Shown here one piece after another: positions 47,691 to 55,445 of a stretch of 64,000 bases of DNA. Within the stretch, counting starts at the first letter, position 1, and every line of letters starts with the position of its first letter. A model generated the notes under the pieces. It had not been told where the DNA came from. It worked only from the letters and a program-made list of their open reading frames with translations, and did no database searches. The position numbers and the translations under genes are program-made. The DNA is from Acidobacteriota bacterium (GTDB taxonomy: Bacteria; Acidobacteriota; Terriglobia; Terriglobales; SCQP01): contig DAHVCP010000050.1 in NCBI GenBank assembly GCA_027314025.1, positions 5,753 to 69,752 of the forward strand, read 5' to 3'.

Positions 47691-48304
47691 GTCCGCTGAC
47701 GAGTTTCGGGCCGGGCGCCGCCAGGCCGGCGCGCGACACGCCCTGGACGCCGAGCCGCCCGAGCAACGTTACGACGCGGCTGGGGTCGCCCAGATCCGTC
47801 CAGCGGAGTTTCGCGCAGTGGAGCACGAGCAGGTGAGATGGACAAGCCGCGAGGACTTCCCCGGAAAAGCTCGGCGCGGGAATGCTGGCGTACAGTTTGC
47901 GCAAGGCGCCGCGCCCCGTCGCGGCGATTCCGGGCGGCAGCACGGATTCGAACGATTCCAGGAGACCGGGAACGGTCCGCCGGATCAACGGTGGGAAAGC
48001 CGACACGCGGCCGACCATGATGAAGCTGTTCCACAGGCAGCCCCGCTCCATCATCAGGGACGCGACTGGCCGAGGCGGTTTCTCGGACACTTGGACGACG
48101 CGGTGGATCGGACTGAGGGACGTGCTCGCCACGAGAGCGCCGGGTTCGAACCAGGTTCTGGGCGGCCGAACTCCAACCGAGCGCGGCGAGCCGGCTCCGA
48201 GCGACGAGGCTCTCGCGCTGTTTGCGCCGGATAACCCGCTGCTCCCGCAAAAGAACACCGAGCGCGCGTTCGCTTGTGAACAGCGCTGGGCCGCATGGAC
48301 TCAT
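47683..48304 (-). pseudogene. Truncated and probably frameshifted mannose-1-phosphate guanylyltransferase-like nucleotidyltransferase remnant
   Basis: The 191-aa frame has ..VGVRPPRTWFEPG..VVQVSEKPPRPVASLMMERGCLWNSFIMV..RWTDLGDPSRV, collinear with the middle and C-terminal blocks of ManC-type enzymes. The GxGxR N-terminal domain is absent. A second frame (..EQRVIRRKQRESLVARSRLAALG) weakly resembles the EPxGRNTAPAIALAAL block. Confidence 0.4.
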
Positions 48305-48337
48305 ATCCTGAGGCAGGTCACTTGAAAGGATCCACTC

Positions 48338-49090
48338 ATGTCATTTCACCCGTTCACTCCGAAACCCCTAGCGGCGCTGGCAATGCTGGTGGCGCTGGGA
48401 CTGTTCGCGGGCACGCCCCCGGCCCACGCACAGCAAACCACTCCCCCCAACCAAGACCAGGCGCAGAGCCAGAATCAGGCAGCGACCCCGGTGACGGCTA
48501 CCGGGTGCCTGCAATCCCCCAATTCCAACGTGTATTCGCTGACCGACCAGTCCAGCGACACGACCTATACCCTGACTAGCAGCAGCGTGGACCTGAGCAC
48601 CCATGTGGGCCACACCGTGACCGTCACCGGCACGCCGGTGTCGCCGAGCGCTAACAACGGCATGGCGGATAGCAGCAGCATGGCTGCGGATCAGGCTCCT
48701 GCGGCGACCGAGCCGCTCGAAGTCAGCAGCCTGACCATGGTGAGCACCACTTGCGGTTCCGCGTCGGCAACCGCTGCCGGGACAACGGCGACGGCGACGG
48801 CGGACAACAGCGCGGGCGATGCGACGGCTACCCCAGCGGCGGGCCCGAACGACGGGACGGCGCAGGCGGCAAGTCCGGCCACGACGCCGGCGGCTGACGC
48901 GGCTACGCCACAGGAAAGCGACAACGGCGCTGCAACGGCTACCCCAGCGGCGGCCGATTCCGGCACGGCACAGGCAGGGGCTAATAGCCTGCCCAAGACC
49001 GCCGGAGATCTGCCACTTCTCTCGTTGTTGGGCCTGCTGGTATCGGGAGCTGGATTGGGCATGCTTCTGCTGGTGAAAAGGCTGGCGTAA
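48338..49090 (+). CDS. Secreted Thr/Ala/Ser-rich protein with C-terminal sortase sorting signal (LPKTAG + TM + KR)
   Basis: Signal peptide ..LFAGTPPAHAQQ. The C-terminus is LPKTAGDLPLLSLLGLLVSGAGLGMLLLVKRLA. Confidence 0.7.
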   Translation: MSFHPFTPKPLAALAMLVALGLFAGTPPAHAQQTTPPNQDQAQSQNQAATPVTATGCLQSPNSNVYSLTDQSSDTTYTLTSSSVDLSTHVGHTVTVTGTPVSPSANNGMADSSSMAADQAPAATEPLEVSSLTMVSTTCGSASATAAGTTATATADNSAGDATATPAAGPNDGTAQAASPATTPAADAATPQESDNGAATATPAAADSGTAQAGANSLPKTAGDLPLLSLLGLLVSGAGLGMLLLVKRLA

Positions 49091-49471
49091 GCGTCCCTCC
49101 GTCTCCGTCTCGCCCGGCAAAGCGAGTTCGCGCCGGGTGAGGCGAGACCGACCAGTGTTCACTATTGGACAGACTCGTTCTTCCCCTCGGGATCGCGTTG
49201 CGGTATGCGAGCACAAGCAGCGCGGCAGCAGACGCTGCGAGGAAATGAAGGTGTCGATGCGCAAAAATGCTTGCTGGCGCATTCTGTGCGGCGCTCTTCG
49301 GCGCCCTTTGCCTGCCGAACGCGCGAGCGGACCAGTGCGCGGCGCAGCCGCGCTGGGGCCCGCGCCAGTCATTCGCCTCACCCGGTGCGGGAGACCGCTC
49401 CGGGTGAGTCTCTGTTCGCGGGCGGGCCAGTGTGGACTCCGCACTGCCGCCGCCGGGAGGCACGGAGCTTA

Positions 49472-50098
49472 ATGTCGCGCAGATCCGTTCTTGTCTTGTC
49501 CGGGCGGCTGCTTATCGCCGCAGGCATGCTGGCGCTGCTCACTGCCGGATTTTTCTATTTGCAGTCGGCGCTGTTTCAGAGCGCGAGCAACCGCGCATTC
49601 GACCGTCTGCGGGCGGCGCGCCGCTCGCCAGCAGCAAGCCAGCTGACGGCGGCCCCGGATTCCGGGAGCCGCGCGGCGCGGAATGCGGCTCGCGTGCCTA
49701 CCGGCGCGGAGGTGGGCCGGATCCAGATTCCCTCCCTGCATCTCTCAGCCATCATTCTGCAAGGGACGGGCGCGGGCACGCTGCGCCTCGCCGTGGGGCA
49801 TTATCCCAGCAGCGCGCTGCCCGGCGCAGGCGGGAATGTCGTGCTGGCGGGCCACCGCGACACCTTCTTTCGCCCCCTGCGCCATATTCGGCGCGGCGAC
49901 CAGATCATCCTGGAAACGCCGCGCGCCACCGTGGACTATCGCGTCGAAACCACCGCCGTGGTCAGCCCCAGCGACGTGGCGGTATTGGCGCCCACTGCGG
50001 GCAATATTTTGACGCTGGTGACCTGTTATCCGTTCTATTACATCGGACCGGCGCCGCACCGGTTTATCGTGCGGGCGACGCTTGTGCCGCGGCCTTGA
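49472..50098 (+). CDS. Sortase (transpeptidase), membrane anchored
   Basis: N-terminal TM helix, catalytic His in VVLAGHRDT, the TLVTCYPF (TLxTC) Cys motif, and a downstream Arg (RFIVRA). Start MSRRSVL with a GGAG RBS. Confidence 0.85.
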   Translation: MSRRSVLVLSGRLLIAAGMLALLTAGFFYLQSALFQSASNRAFDRLRAARRSPAASQLTAAPDSGSRAARNAARVPTGAEVGRIQIPSLHLSAIILQGTGAGTLRLAVGHYPSSALPGAGGNVVLAGHRDTFFRPLRHIRRGDQIILETPRATVDYRVETTAVVSPSDVAVLAPTAGNILTLVTCYPFYYIGPAPHRFIVRATLVPRP

Positions 50099-50124
50099 AG
50101 GCGCATCGGCGGACAGCAAGGGTC

Positions 50125-50240
50125 ATGGCCGGTCGCGGGGCCCCCGGCCCAGCCTGGCGCGTAAGCGGCGCTCCGCGCCGCGCCAATTAAGGCGGGATGC
50201 CCCGCCGCAGCCGCGCTGCGGCCTGCGCCAGTCAATCGGA
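50125..50240 (+). repeat. Dispersed repeat, family 1
   Basis: ..GGCGCGTAAGCGGCGCTCCGCGCCGCGCCAATTAAGGCGGGATGCCCCGCCGCAGCCGCGCTGCGGCCTGCGCCAGTCAAT. Confidence 0.8.
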
Positions 50241-50498
50241 CACTGTTTGTCCAGCGCCGCTGGTTGGAGCGCCGCCTGCGGGAGCTGCGCTGTGTGCCAT
50301 GGATGCTCGCCGGCCGGCGCGACGGGCGGCCCGGCTGGATCCGGCGGAAACCCTTCGTCAGGAGTAGTGCCGGCGCCGCGCCCCGCATGGTTCGCTGCCC
50401 GGGTGGGGCACGAGGCCGCCGCGGCCGGCGCGCGCAGCCCGGCCAACCGCGTGGCGCCTCCGGCGGCGCCGACGGTACAATGAGCCAGCACCCCCGAT

Positions 50499-50753
50499 AT
50501 GCCGAGCCCCTTGCCTCCCGCCGCATTGCGCGCGACGCTCGCGGATATATTCGCGATTCCAGCCGAGCAAATCACCGCCGACCTGAACGCGGCGTCCCTG
50601 CCTGGTTGGGATTCCTTCCGCCATTTGCAGGCCATTTTGGCCCTGGAGAGCGAGTTTCACGTCCAGTTCGATCCCCAGCGCATCGGTGATCTCACCACCG
50701 TCGCCGCCTTGGAAGCGGAACTGCGGGCATTGGGCGTGCAATTCCAAGGGTAA
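50499..50753 (+). CDS. Acyl carrier protein-like (phosphopantetheine-binding) protein
   Basis: 84 aa four-helix pattern with ..LPGWDSFRHLQAILALE.. (DS attachment motif). Confidence 0.7.
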   Translation: MPSPLPPAALRATLADIFAIPAEQITADLNAASLPGWDSFRHLQAILALESEFHVQFDPQRIGDLTTVAALEAELRALGVQFQG

Positions 50754-50773
50754 GATGGCGACAGAGCGCTGCC

Positions 50774-50944
50774 ATGGCCATTAGCCCGGATTTGCTGGAG
50801 ATTCTCGTCTGCCCGCTGGACAAAGCGCCGGTGGATCTGAAGCCGGACCAAAGCGGCTTGAAATGCCGGCAATGCCACCGCGTCTATCCGATTCGGGACG
50901 ATATTCCGGTGATGCTGGTGGATGAAGCCAAAATTGAACCCTGA
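50774..50944 (+). CDS. Trm112/YcaR-family (UPF0434) small zinc-ribbon-like protein; not in the supplied ORF track (56 aa)
   Basis: Hand translation: MAISPDLLEILVCPLDKAPVDLKPDQSGLKCRQCHRVYPIRDDIPVMLVDEAKIEP*. The LLxxLxCP..K..L and YPIxDGIPVLL pattern is the Trm112 signature. Confidence 0.75.
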   Translation: MAISPDLLEILVCPLDKAPVDLKPDQSGLKCRQCHRVYPIRDDIPVMLVDEAKIEP

Positions 50945-51989
50945 CGTCTTGGCCCCGGGGCCATCGGCGCACGGCGCCGGCGTTGCCGCCCGCCAGGTGC
51001 TGGTGGAGTTGCCGCGCGGCGCCTGGGTGGCGGTCATCCGGCTGCGCAGCCTGGGCGACATCATTCTCACCACGCCGGCGCTGGCGGCGCTGCGACGCTG
51101 GCGCCCCGATCTGCGCTTGGTGTATTTGGCGGAGCCGCAGTGGACGGCGGCGCTGGCGGGCAATCCCGACATCACGCAAGTGATCGCCGTGCCCGGCGGC
51201 GGCGCCGGACGCCTGGCGGCGCTGCGGGCATTGCGCCGGCTGCGACCGCGCTTGGCGGTGAACCTGCATGGCGGCTCGACCGCGGCTTGGCTGACCTGGG
51301 GCTCGGGGGCAAAGTGGCGCGCGGGCTTTGTTGGCCACCGCCACGGATGGGCGGTGAACCTGCGCATGCCGCCGCAGCCGCCGCCTCCCGGCCGGCGGCG
51401 CTGGCACACCGCCGAGCACGTCGCGGGGCTGTTGCGCTTTCTGGGCCTGCCGCCGGGAGAGTTGGGCCCGGCGCGCGTCGTGCCCGCGGCGGCGGCTCGC
51501 CCGGCGCTGGCGGCGCGTTTGGCGGCGGCCGGTGTTGCCGGTTCCTTTGCCTTCATCAACGCCTTTCCCCGCGAGGCGGCGATGCGCTGGCGTTCAGCGG
51601 ATTATGCGGCGTTGCTGCCGTGGCTGCGGGAGCGCTGGGGATTGGCGGCGGTGCTGGCGCATCCCGCGGCGCCCGATGCGGAGACCGCCGCGCCGCTGCT
51701 TGCCGCCGGAGCGCGGCTGCTGGCGCCGACGACGGTGACGGAATTGATCGCCGTCATCGCCGGCGCGGAAATCGTCATCGGCAGCGACGGCGGTCCGCTA
51801 CATATTGCCGCGGCGCTGGGGACACCGGTCGTTGCATTATTCGGCCCTACTGACCGTGAGGCGTGGGCGCCATGGCAGGCGCGGCATCGCTTATTAATGG
51901 CGCCGGCCACCGAGGTGCCCTATCTTGAAGTTCAGCGGGCGGTGAATGATCTGCTGGCGGTGCAAACCATTGCACCCGGCAGTTTGTGA
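50922..51989 (+). CDS. Glycosyltransferase family 9 (LPS heptosyltransferase-like); start uncertain
   Basis: VAVIRLRSLGDIILTTPALAALRR..P...L.YL and C-terminal ..VIGSDGGPLHIAAALGTPVVALFGPT. Confidence 0.8.
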   Translation: MKPKLNPDVLAPGPSAHGAGVAARQVLVELPRGAWVAVIRLRSLGDIILTTPALAALRRWRPDLRLVYLAEPQWTAALAGNPDITQVIAVPGGGAGRLAALRALRRLRPRLAVNLHGGSTAAWLTWGSGAKWRAGFVGHRHGWAVNLRMPPQPPPPGRRRWHTAEHVAGLLRFLGLPPGELGPARVVPAAAARPALAARLAAAGVAGSFAFINAFPREAAMRWRSADYAALLPWLRERWGLAAVLAHPAAPDAETAAPLLAAGARLLAPTTVTELIAVIAGAEIVIGSDGGPLHIAAALGTPVVALFGPTDREAWAPWQARHRLLMAPATEVPYLEVQRAVNDLLAVQTIAPGSL

Positions 51990-52193
51990 CCGCCGCCAGG
52001 GCGCATCGCGCCCGCCCCGCCATGCGCGGCGGACGTTTGCGTGCCGTCGCCTCGCCGTCCAATCGGTCGGTCCTGGGAGCAATGGACGGCGGTTAGGGTG
52101 GCGACGGCCGGCCCGCGGCGCAGGAAGCCCAGGGGAGATTTTGGGCAGCAATGACGGCGCGCATACGGGGCGGGAGATTTTCGCGCGCAACGA

Positions 52194-52222
52194 TTGACAT
52201 TCGCATTTAATCCAGCTATAAC
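52194..52222 (+). promoter_or_regulatory. Sigma70-like promoter candidate
   Basis: TTGACA (52194-99), 17-bp spacer, TATAAC (52217-22), 58 nt before the ATG at 52280. Confidence 0.45.
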
Positions 52223-52279
52223 CCTCAACATATATCTTTGCTGTGCTGCGTTTTTTTGGGTGAACAACTGAGGAGAACC

Positions 52280-52492
52280 ATGTCAACCATTAGCAAAGCC
52301 ATTCGTGACTTGGAGGAGCAGCGCCGGCGGATTGATTCCGCTTTAAAGGTGCTTCGGGGCCTTGATCACGGCGGCAGCGGCGGCGGAATCCGGAATATTT
52401 CCGAAGAGGGCCGGAACCGTATCGCGGAGGCGCAGCGCCGCCGCTGGGCGAAGGTACGAGCGGCCAAGGCTGCCGCTTCCGGGAAGAAATAA
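52280..52492 (+). CDS. Small basic hypothetical protein (70 aa)
   Basis: GAGGAG RBS. MSTISKAIRDLEEQRRRIDSALKVL..ISEEGRNRIAEAQRRRWAKVRAAK. The stop is 3 nt before the TTG start of the esterase. Confidence 0.5.
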   Translation: MSTISKAIRDLEEQRRRIDSALKVLRGLDHGGSGGGIRNISEEGRNRIAEAQRRRWAKVRAAKAAASGKK

Positions 52493-52495
52493 CTC

Positions 52496-54115
52496 TTGCG
52501 CCTGTCTCGCCGCCTTTTATTGCCGCTCGCCGTTTTGCTCGCGGCGGGAGTATGGCTGGCCGCGGCGCGGAACTCTGCTTCCGCTTCCGCTTCGCCGGCT
52601 CCCCAGGTGCGCCTGGCCAGCGGGCGGATCCTGGGACGGCGGCTGGCGGGAGGAGTACGCTTTTTCGCCGGTATTCCCTTCGCCGCGCCCCCGGTGGGGC
52701 GCGGGCGTTGGGCTCCGCCGCGTCCGGCGCGGTCCTGGCGCGGCGTGCGCGCCGCGCAACACTTCGGCGCGCCGTGCATGCAGCGGCGTCCTCCGCCGCG
52801 GATGGGACCGTGGACGCATGCCTTCAATTCCTACCGGGCGCCGAGCGAGAACTGCCTCTATGTGAACGTCTGGGCGCCGCGCGCCCCGCCCCATCCTCTG
52901 CCAGTGATGGTATGGATCTACGGCGGCGGTTTTGTCAGCGGCGCCGGCAGCGTGCGGATCTATAACGGCGCGGTCCTCGCGCGGCGCGGCGTGGTGGTGG
53001 TGAACTGCAACTACCGCCTAGGCGCCTTCGGATTTTTGGCGCTGGCTGGGCTGGCGCGGGAATCGCCGCATCACTCGGCGGGCAACTACGCATTGCTGGA
53101 CCAAATCGCGGCGCTGCGCTGGGTGCGCAAGAACATCGCCGCATTCGGCGGCGATCCCGGGAACGTCACCATTTTCGGCCAGTCCGCGGGCGCCGCCAGC
53201 GTAGGGCTGCTGCTGCGGTCGCCGCTGGCGCAGGGATTATTCCAGCGCGCCATCATCATGAGCGGCCAGGCGGCGCTGCCCATGCATGGCCTGATGGGCG
53301 GCACGCCCTTGGCCGTGGCGGAGCGGCAAGGCCAGGCTTGGGCGCGGCATTTGGGCGTGCGGGGCAGCGGCGGTCAGCTGGTCGCGCGGTTGCGGGCCTT
53401 GCCCGCGGCGAAAATTTTGGCCGGCGGCACGGCGAACCTGGGGCCAATCACCGATGGCTGGGTGATCCGGCCGGGCCCGGGACCGCGGCGGCAAGCGGAA
53501 GTGATGATCGGCATGGTCGCCGACGACATCGGCGTCGGCTATTACGGCATGGGCCCGCGTCCGCGTCCCACCTGGGCGGGCTATCAATCCGGGCTGCGGC
53601 GGCTGTGCGGCGCTCAGGCGGCGCAATGCGCCGCGCTCTATCCCGCCAAGAACGCCCGTCAGGGGCGGGCGGCGCTGACCGCGGGACGCCAGGATCGCGC
53701 CCGCGTGTCCATCGCCAAATGGGCGCGGCGGCAACTGCGCTACAGCCCGCGCGTGTATACCTATTATTTCAATCACGCCATTCCCTGGCCCCAGCATCCG
53801 GAATACGGCGTGTTTCATTCCTCCGAGCTGCCCTACGTCTTCGCCAATCTGCGCCTGATGCAGCGGCCCTGGGGGCCGGTGGATCATCGCCTGGAACGGC
53901 AGATGTCCCGTTATTGGCTCAATTTCGCCAAGACCGGCAATCCCAACGGCCGGGGGTTGCCACGCTGGCCGGCATTCAATCCCAACCACCAGCAGACGAT
54001 GGAGCTGGGCAACCGCATGGGCCCGATGCGGCTCGCGCCGCCGCGGCGGCTGGCGTTTTGGCGGCGGCATCTGAAATATCCGCTCGGCGCCGGTCCGGTG
54101 TCGGCAGGAAAATAG
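52496..54115 (+). CDS. Carboxylesterase type B (para-nitrobenzyl esterase-like), secreted
   Basis: VWIYGGGF oxyanion block, the FGQSAGA (GxSxG) nucleophile elbow, NYRLGAFGF. Signal peptide; TTG start. Confidence 0.88.
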   Translation: MRLSRRLLLPLAVLLAAGVWLAAARNSASASASPAPQVRLASGRILGRRLAGGVRFFAGIPFAAPPVGRGRWAPPRPARSWRGVRAAQHFGAPCMQRRPPPRMGPWTHAFNSYRAPSENCLYVNVWAPRAPPHPLPVMVWIYGGGFVSGAGSVRIYNGAVLARRGVVVVNCNYRLGAFGFLALAGLARESPHHSAGNYALLDQIAALRWVRKNIAAFGGDPGNVTIFGQSAGAASVGLLLRSPLAQGLFQRAIIMSGQAALPMHGLMGGTPLAVAERQGQAWARHLGVRGSGGQLVARLRALPAAKILAGGTANLGPITDGWVIRPGPGPRRQAEVMIGMVADDIGVGYYGMGPRPRPTWAGYQSGLRRLCGAQAAQCAALYPAKNARQGRAALTAGRQDRARVSIAKWARRQLRYSPRVYTYYFNHAIPWPQHPEYGVFHSSELPYVFANLRLMQRPWGPVDHRLERQMSRYWLNFAKTGNPNGRGLPRWPAFNPNHQQTMELGNRMGPMRLAPPRRLAFWRRHLKYPLGAGPVSAGK

Positions 54116-54350
54116 CGCGCAGCGCGACCGTTCGCACGCCGCAAGCAGGCACGCCCGCGTTGCGGGGCGGCGGGATTCTCCAGCGTTGCGGGGAACTCTG
54201 TGCCAAAGCCTGGTAGGGCTCCGGCCCTGTGTTCGCGCCAATATTGTGTGGGCGTCCCGCCAATGGCGCGACCGTCGCCATCTGGGCGGCGGAAACCGAC
54301 CGCCGGGACGGCTATCCTGCCTTTCGCCGCGCCTAGGGCTGCGGTTGGGC

Positions 54351-54396
54351 GGCCGCGGGCTAAAGCCCGCGCCACACAGGCTGAAGCCTATTCCAC
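54351..54396 (-). repeat. Short dispersed repeat, family 2 (inverted copy)
   Basis: GGCCGCGGGCTAAAGCCCGCGCCACACAGGCTGAAGCCTATTCCAC is the reverse complement of the 2027 and 63923 motif. Confidence 0.7.
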
Positions 54397-54465
54397 GCGC
54401 CCGGTCAGGCCAAGCTGCTGAAGCCGGCGGCCGGGCGCCCGGCGTGGGATAACCCGGAGCGCCGG

Positions 54466-55023
54466 CTAGCGCCAATGAAAGCGCGTGACGCTCAGCGTCC
54501 GGCCATTCCAGTTGCCGGTCACGGAGACAGCAAGGTCGTCGGCGCGCGTTACGCGGCGCAGGGCCGTGATCATGCGCCGGTTGGCGGCAGGGCTGAAAGG
54601 ATAGAAGCGATCGCCCTGGATCACGCCTAAGCCGGACTGAATGCAAGGCTTCTCGAGCAATATGCAGGCCTTTTGGTGCACCACGGGGAGCAAGCCGTCA
54701 TGGCTGGCGATGGCGATGTCGGCGCAGTACTTGTCAATGAGAATGCCGTTGAGGTGAATGACGCGGCTGGGCGCGGGCGGCGTGGCCGCAAAGCCCGCCG
54801 GCGCGAGCGCAACCACGCCGCCTAGCGGCGCGAACAGAAGCCCCAAGAGCAGGCCCAAGGGCAGAAGGATCGGCGCCGCCGCACGGGCGGTTCTGGGCCG
54901 TTCTCCTGGCCGTCCTTCCGGCCATCTCCGTGGTCCAGCCAGCCGCGTCCGCGAGTCGCGCCTCTTCCGGCGAGGCTGGGTTCCGCGCCCGCCGGTTAGT
55001 CCTGCCCGCGGCGGCCGCCGCAT
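54466..55023 (-). CDS. Hypothetical exported protein; start uncertain
   Basis: The C-terminal ~130 aa have normal composition (..VIHLNGILIDKYCADIAIASHDGLLPVVHQKACILLEKPCIQSG..) after a hydrophobic segment. The upstream part of the ORF may be non-coding. Confidence 0.45.
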   Translation of the reverse strand: MRRPPRAGLTGGRGTQPRRKRRDSRTRLAGPRRWPEGRPGERPRTARAAAPILLPLGLLLGLLFAPLGGVVALAPAGFAATPPAPSRVIHLNGILIDKYCADIAIASHDGLLPVVHQKACILLEKPCIQSGLGVIQGDRFYPFSPAANRRMITALRRVTRADDLAVSVTGNWNGRTLSVTRFHWR

Positions 55024-55099
55024 CGTTCTCCCCGATTTGCCCCCCACACTCGCCCCCGTTCGGCCCACCGTCCAGCGGTTTGAGCCGCTGCCGCTCACG

Positions 55100-55395
55100 C
55101 TACTCGCGTGCGGTTGGATGAGAGCCGCTGAATGCAAGTTGGCCGCTCGCCGGGCCGCGCCTCTCGCCCGGGCAAAGCGGGAGCGGAAAGGCCGCGATGC
55201 TCCCGGCGACCCCTTGGCGCGCGGGGGCCGGGCGGCCCGCCGAAGCAAGCAGTGCGGCGCGGCCCCCAGCGATGCGCCGACTGGGCTGGGGCGAACGGGG
55301 CCCCGCCCCAGCCGGCGCGCAAGCGGCGCACCGCGCCGCGCCGATCCAAGCGGGATGCCCCGCCTTGACGGGGCTGGGGCCCGCGCCATTCAATG
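55100..55395 (+). repeat. Dispersed repeat, family 1 (long form)
   Basis: ..GGCGCGCAAGCGGCGCACCGCGCCGCGCCGATCCAAGCGGGATGCCCCGCCTTGACGGGGCTGGGGCCCGCGCCATTCAAT. Confidence 0.75.
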
Positions 55396-55445
55396 TTGCT
55401 TGCGTTCGCTGGGAACAATGCGGCGTAATCTGCGTAGAAGAGCAA

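Noticed and set aside
48130-48160. GGGTTCGAACC T-loop-like motif suggesting a tRNA
   Set aside because: The flanking bases cannot form a T-stem, acceptor stem or anticodon arm. The motif lies inside the nucleotidyltransferase remnant.
49137-49472. 111-aa ORF between the sortase substrate and the sortase
   Set aside because: It is Arg/Cys/Gly-rich and overlaps a repeat fragment. It has no RBS and no family resemblance.
53237-54646. 469-aa minus-strand ORF
   Set aside because: It is antisense to the carboxylesterase gene and runs through repeat DNA. Its Arg/Pro/Gly/Ala-rich composition is not protein-like.
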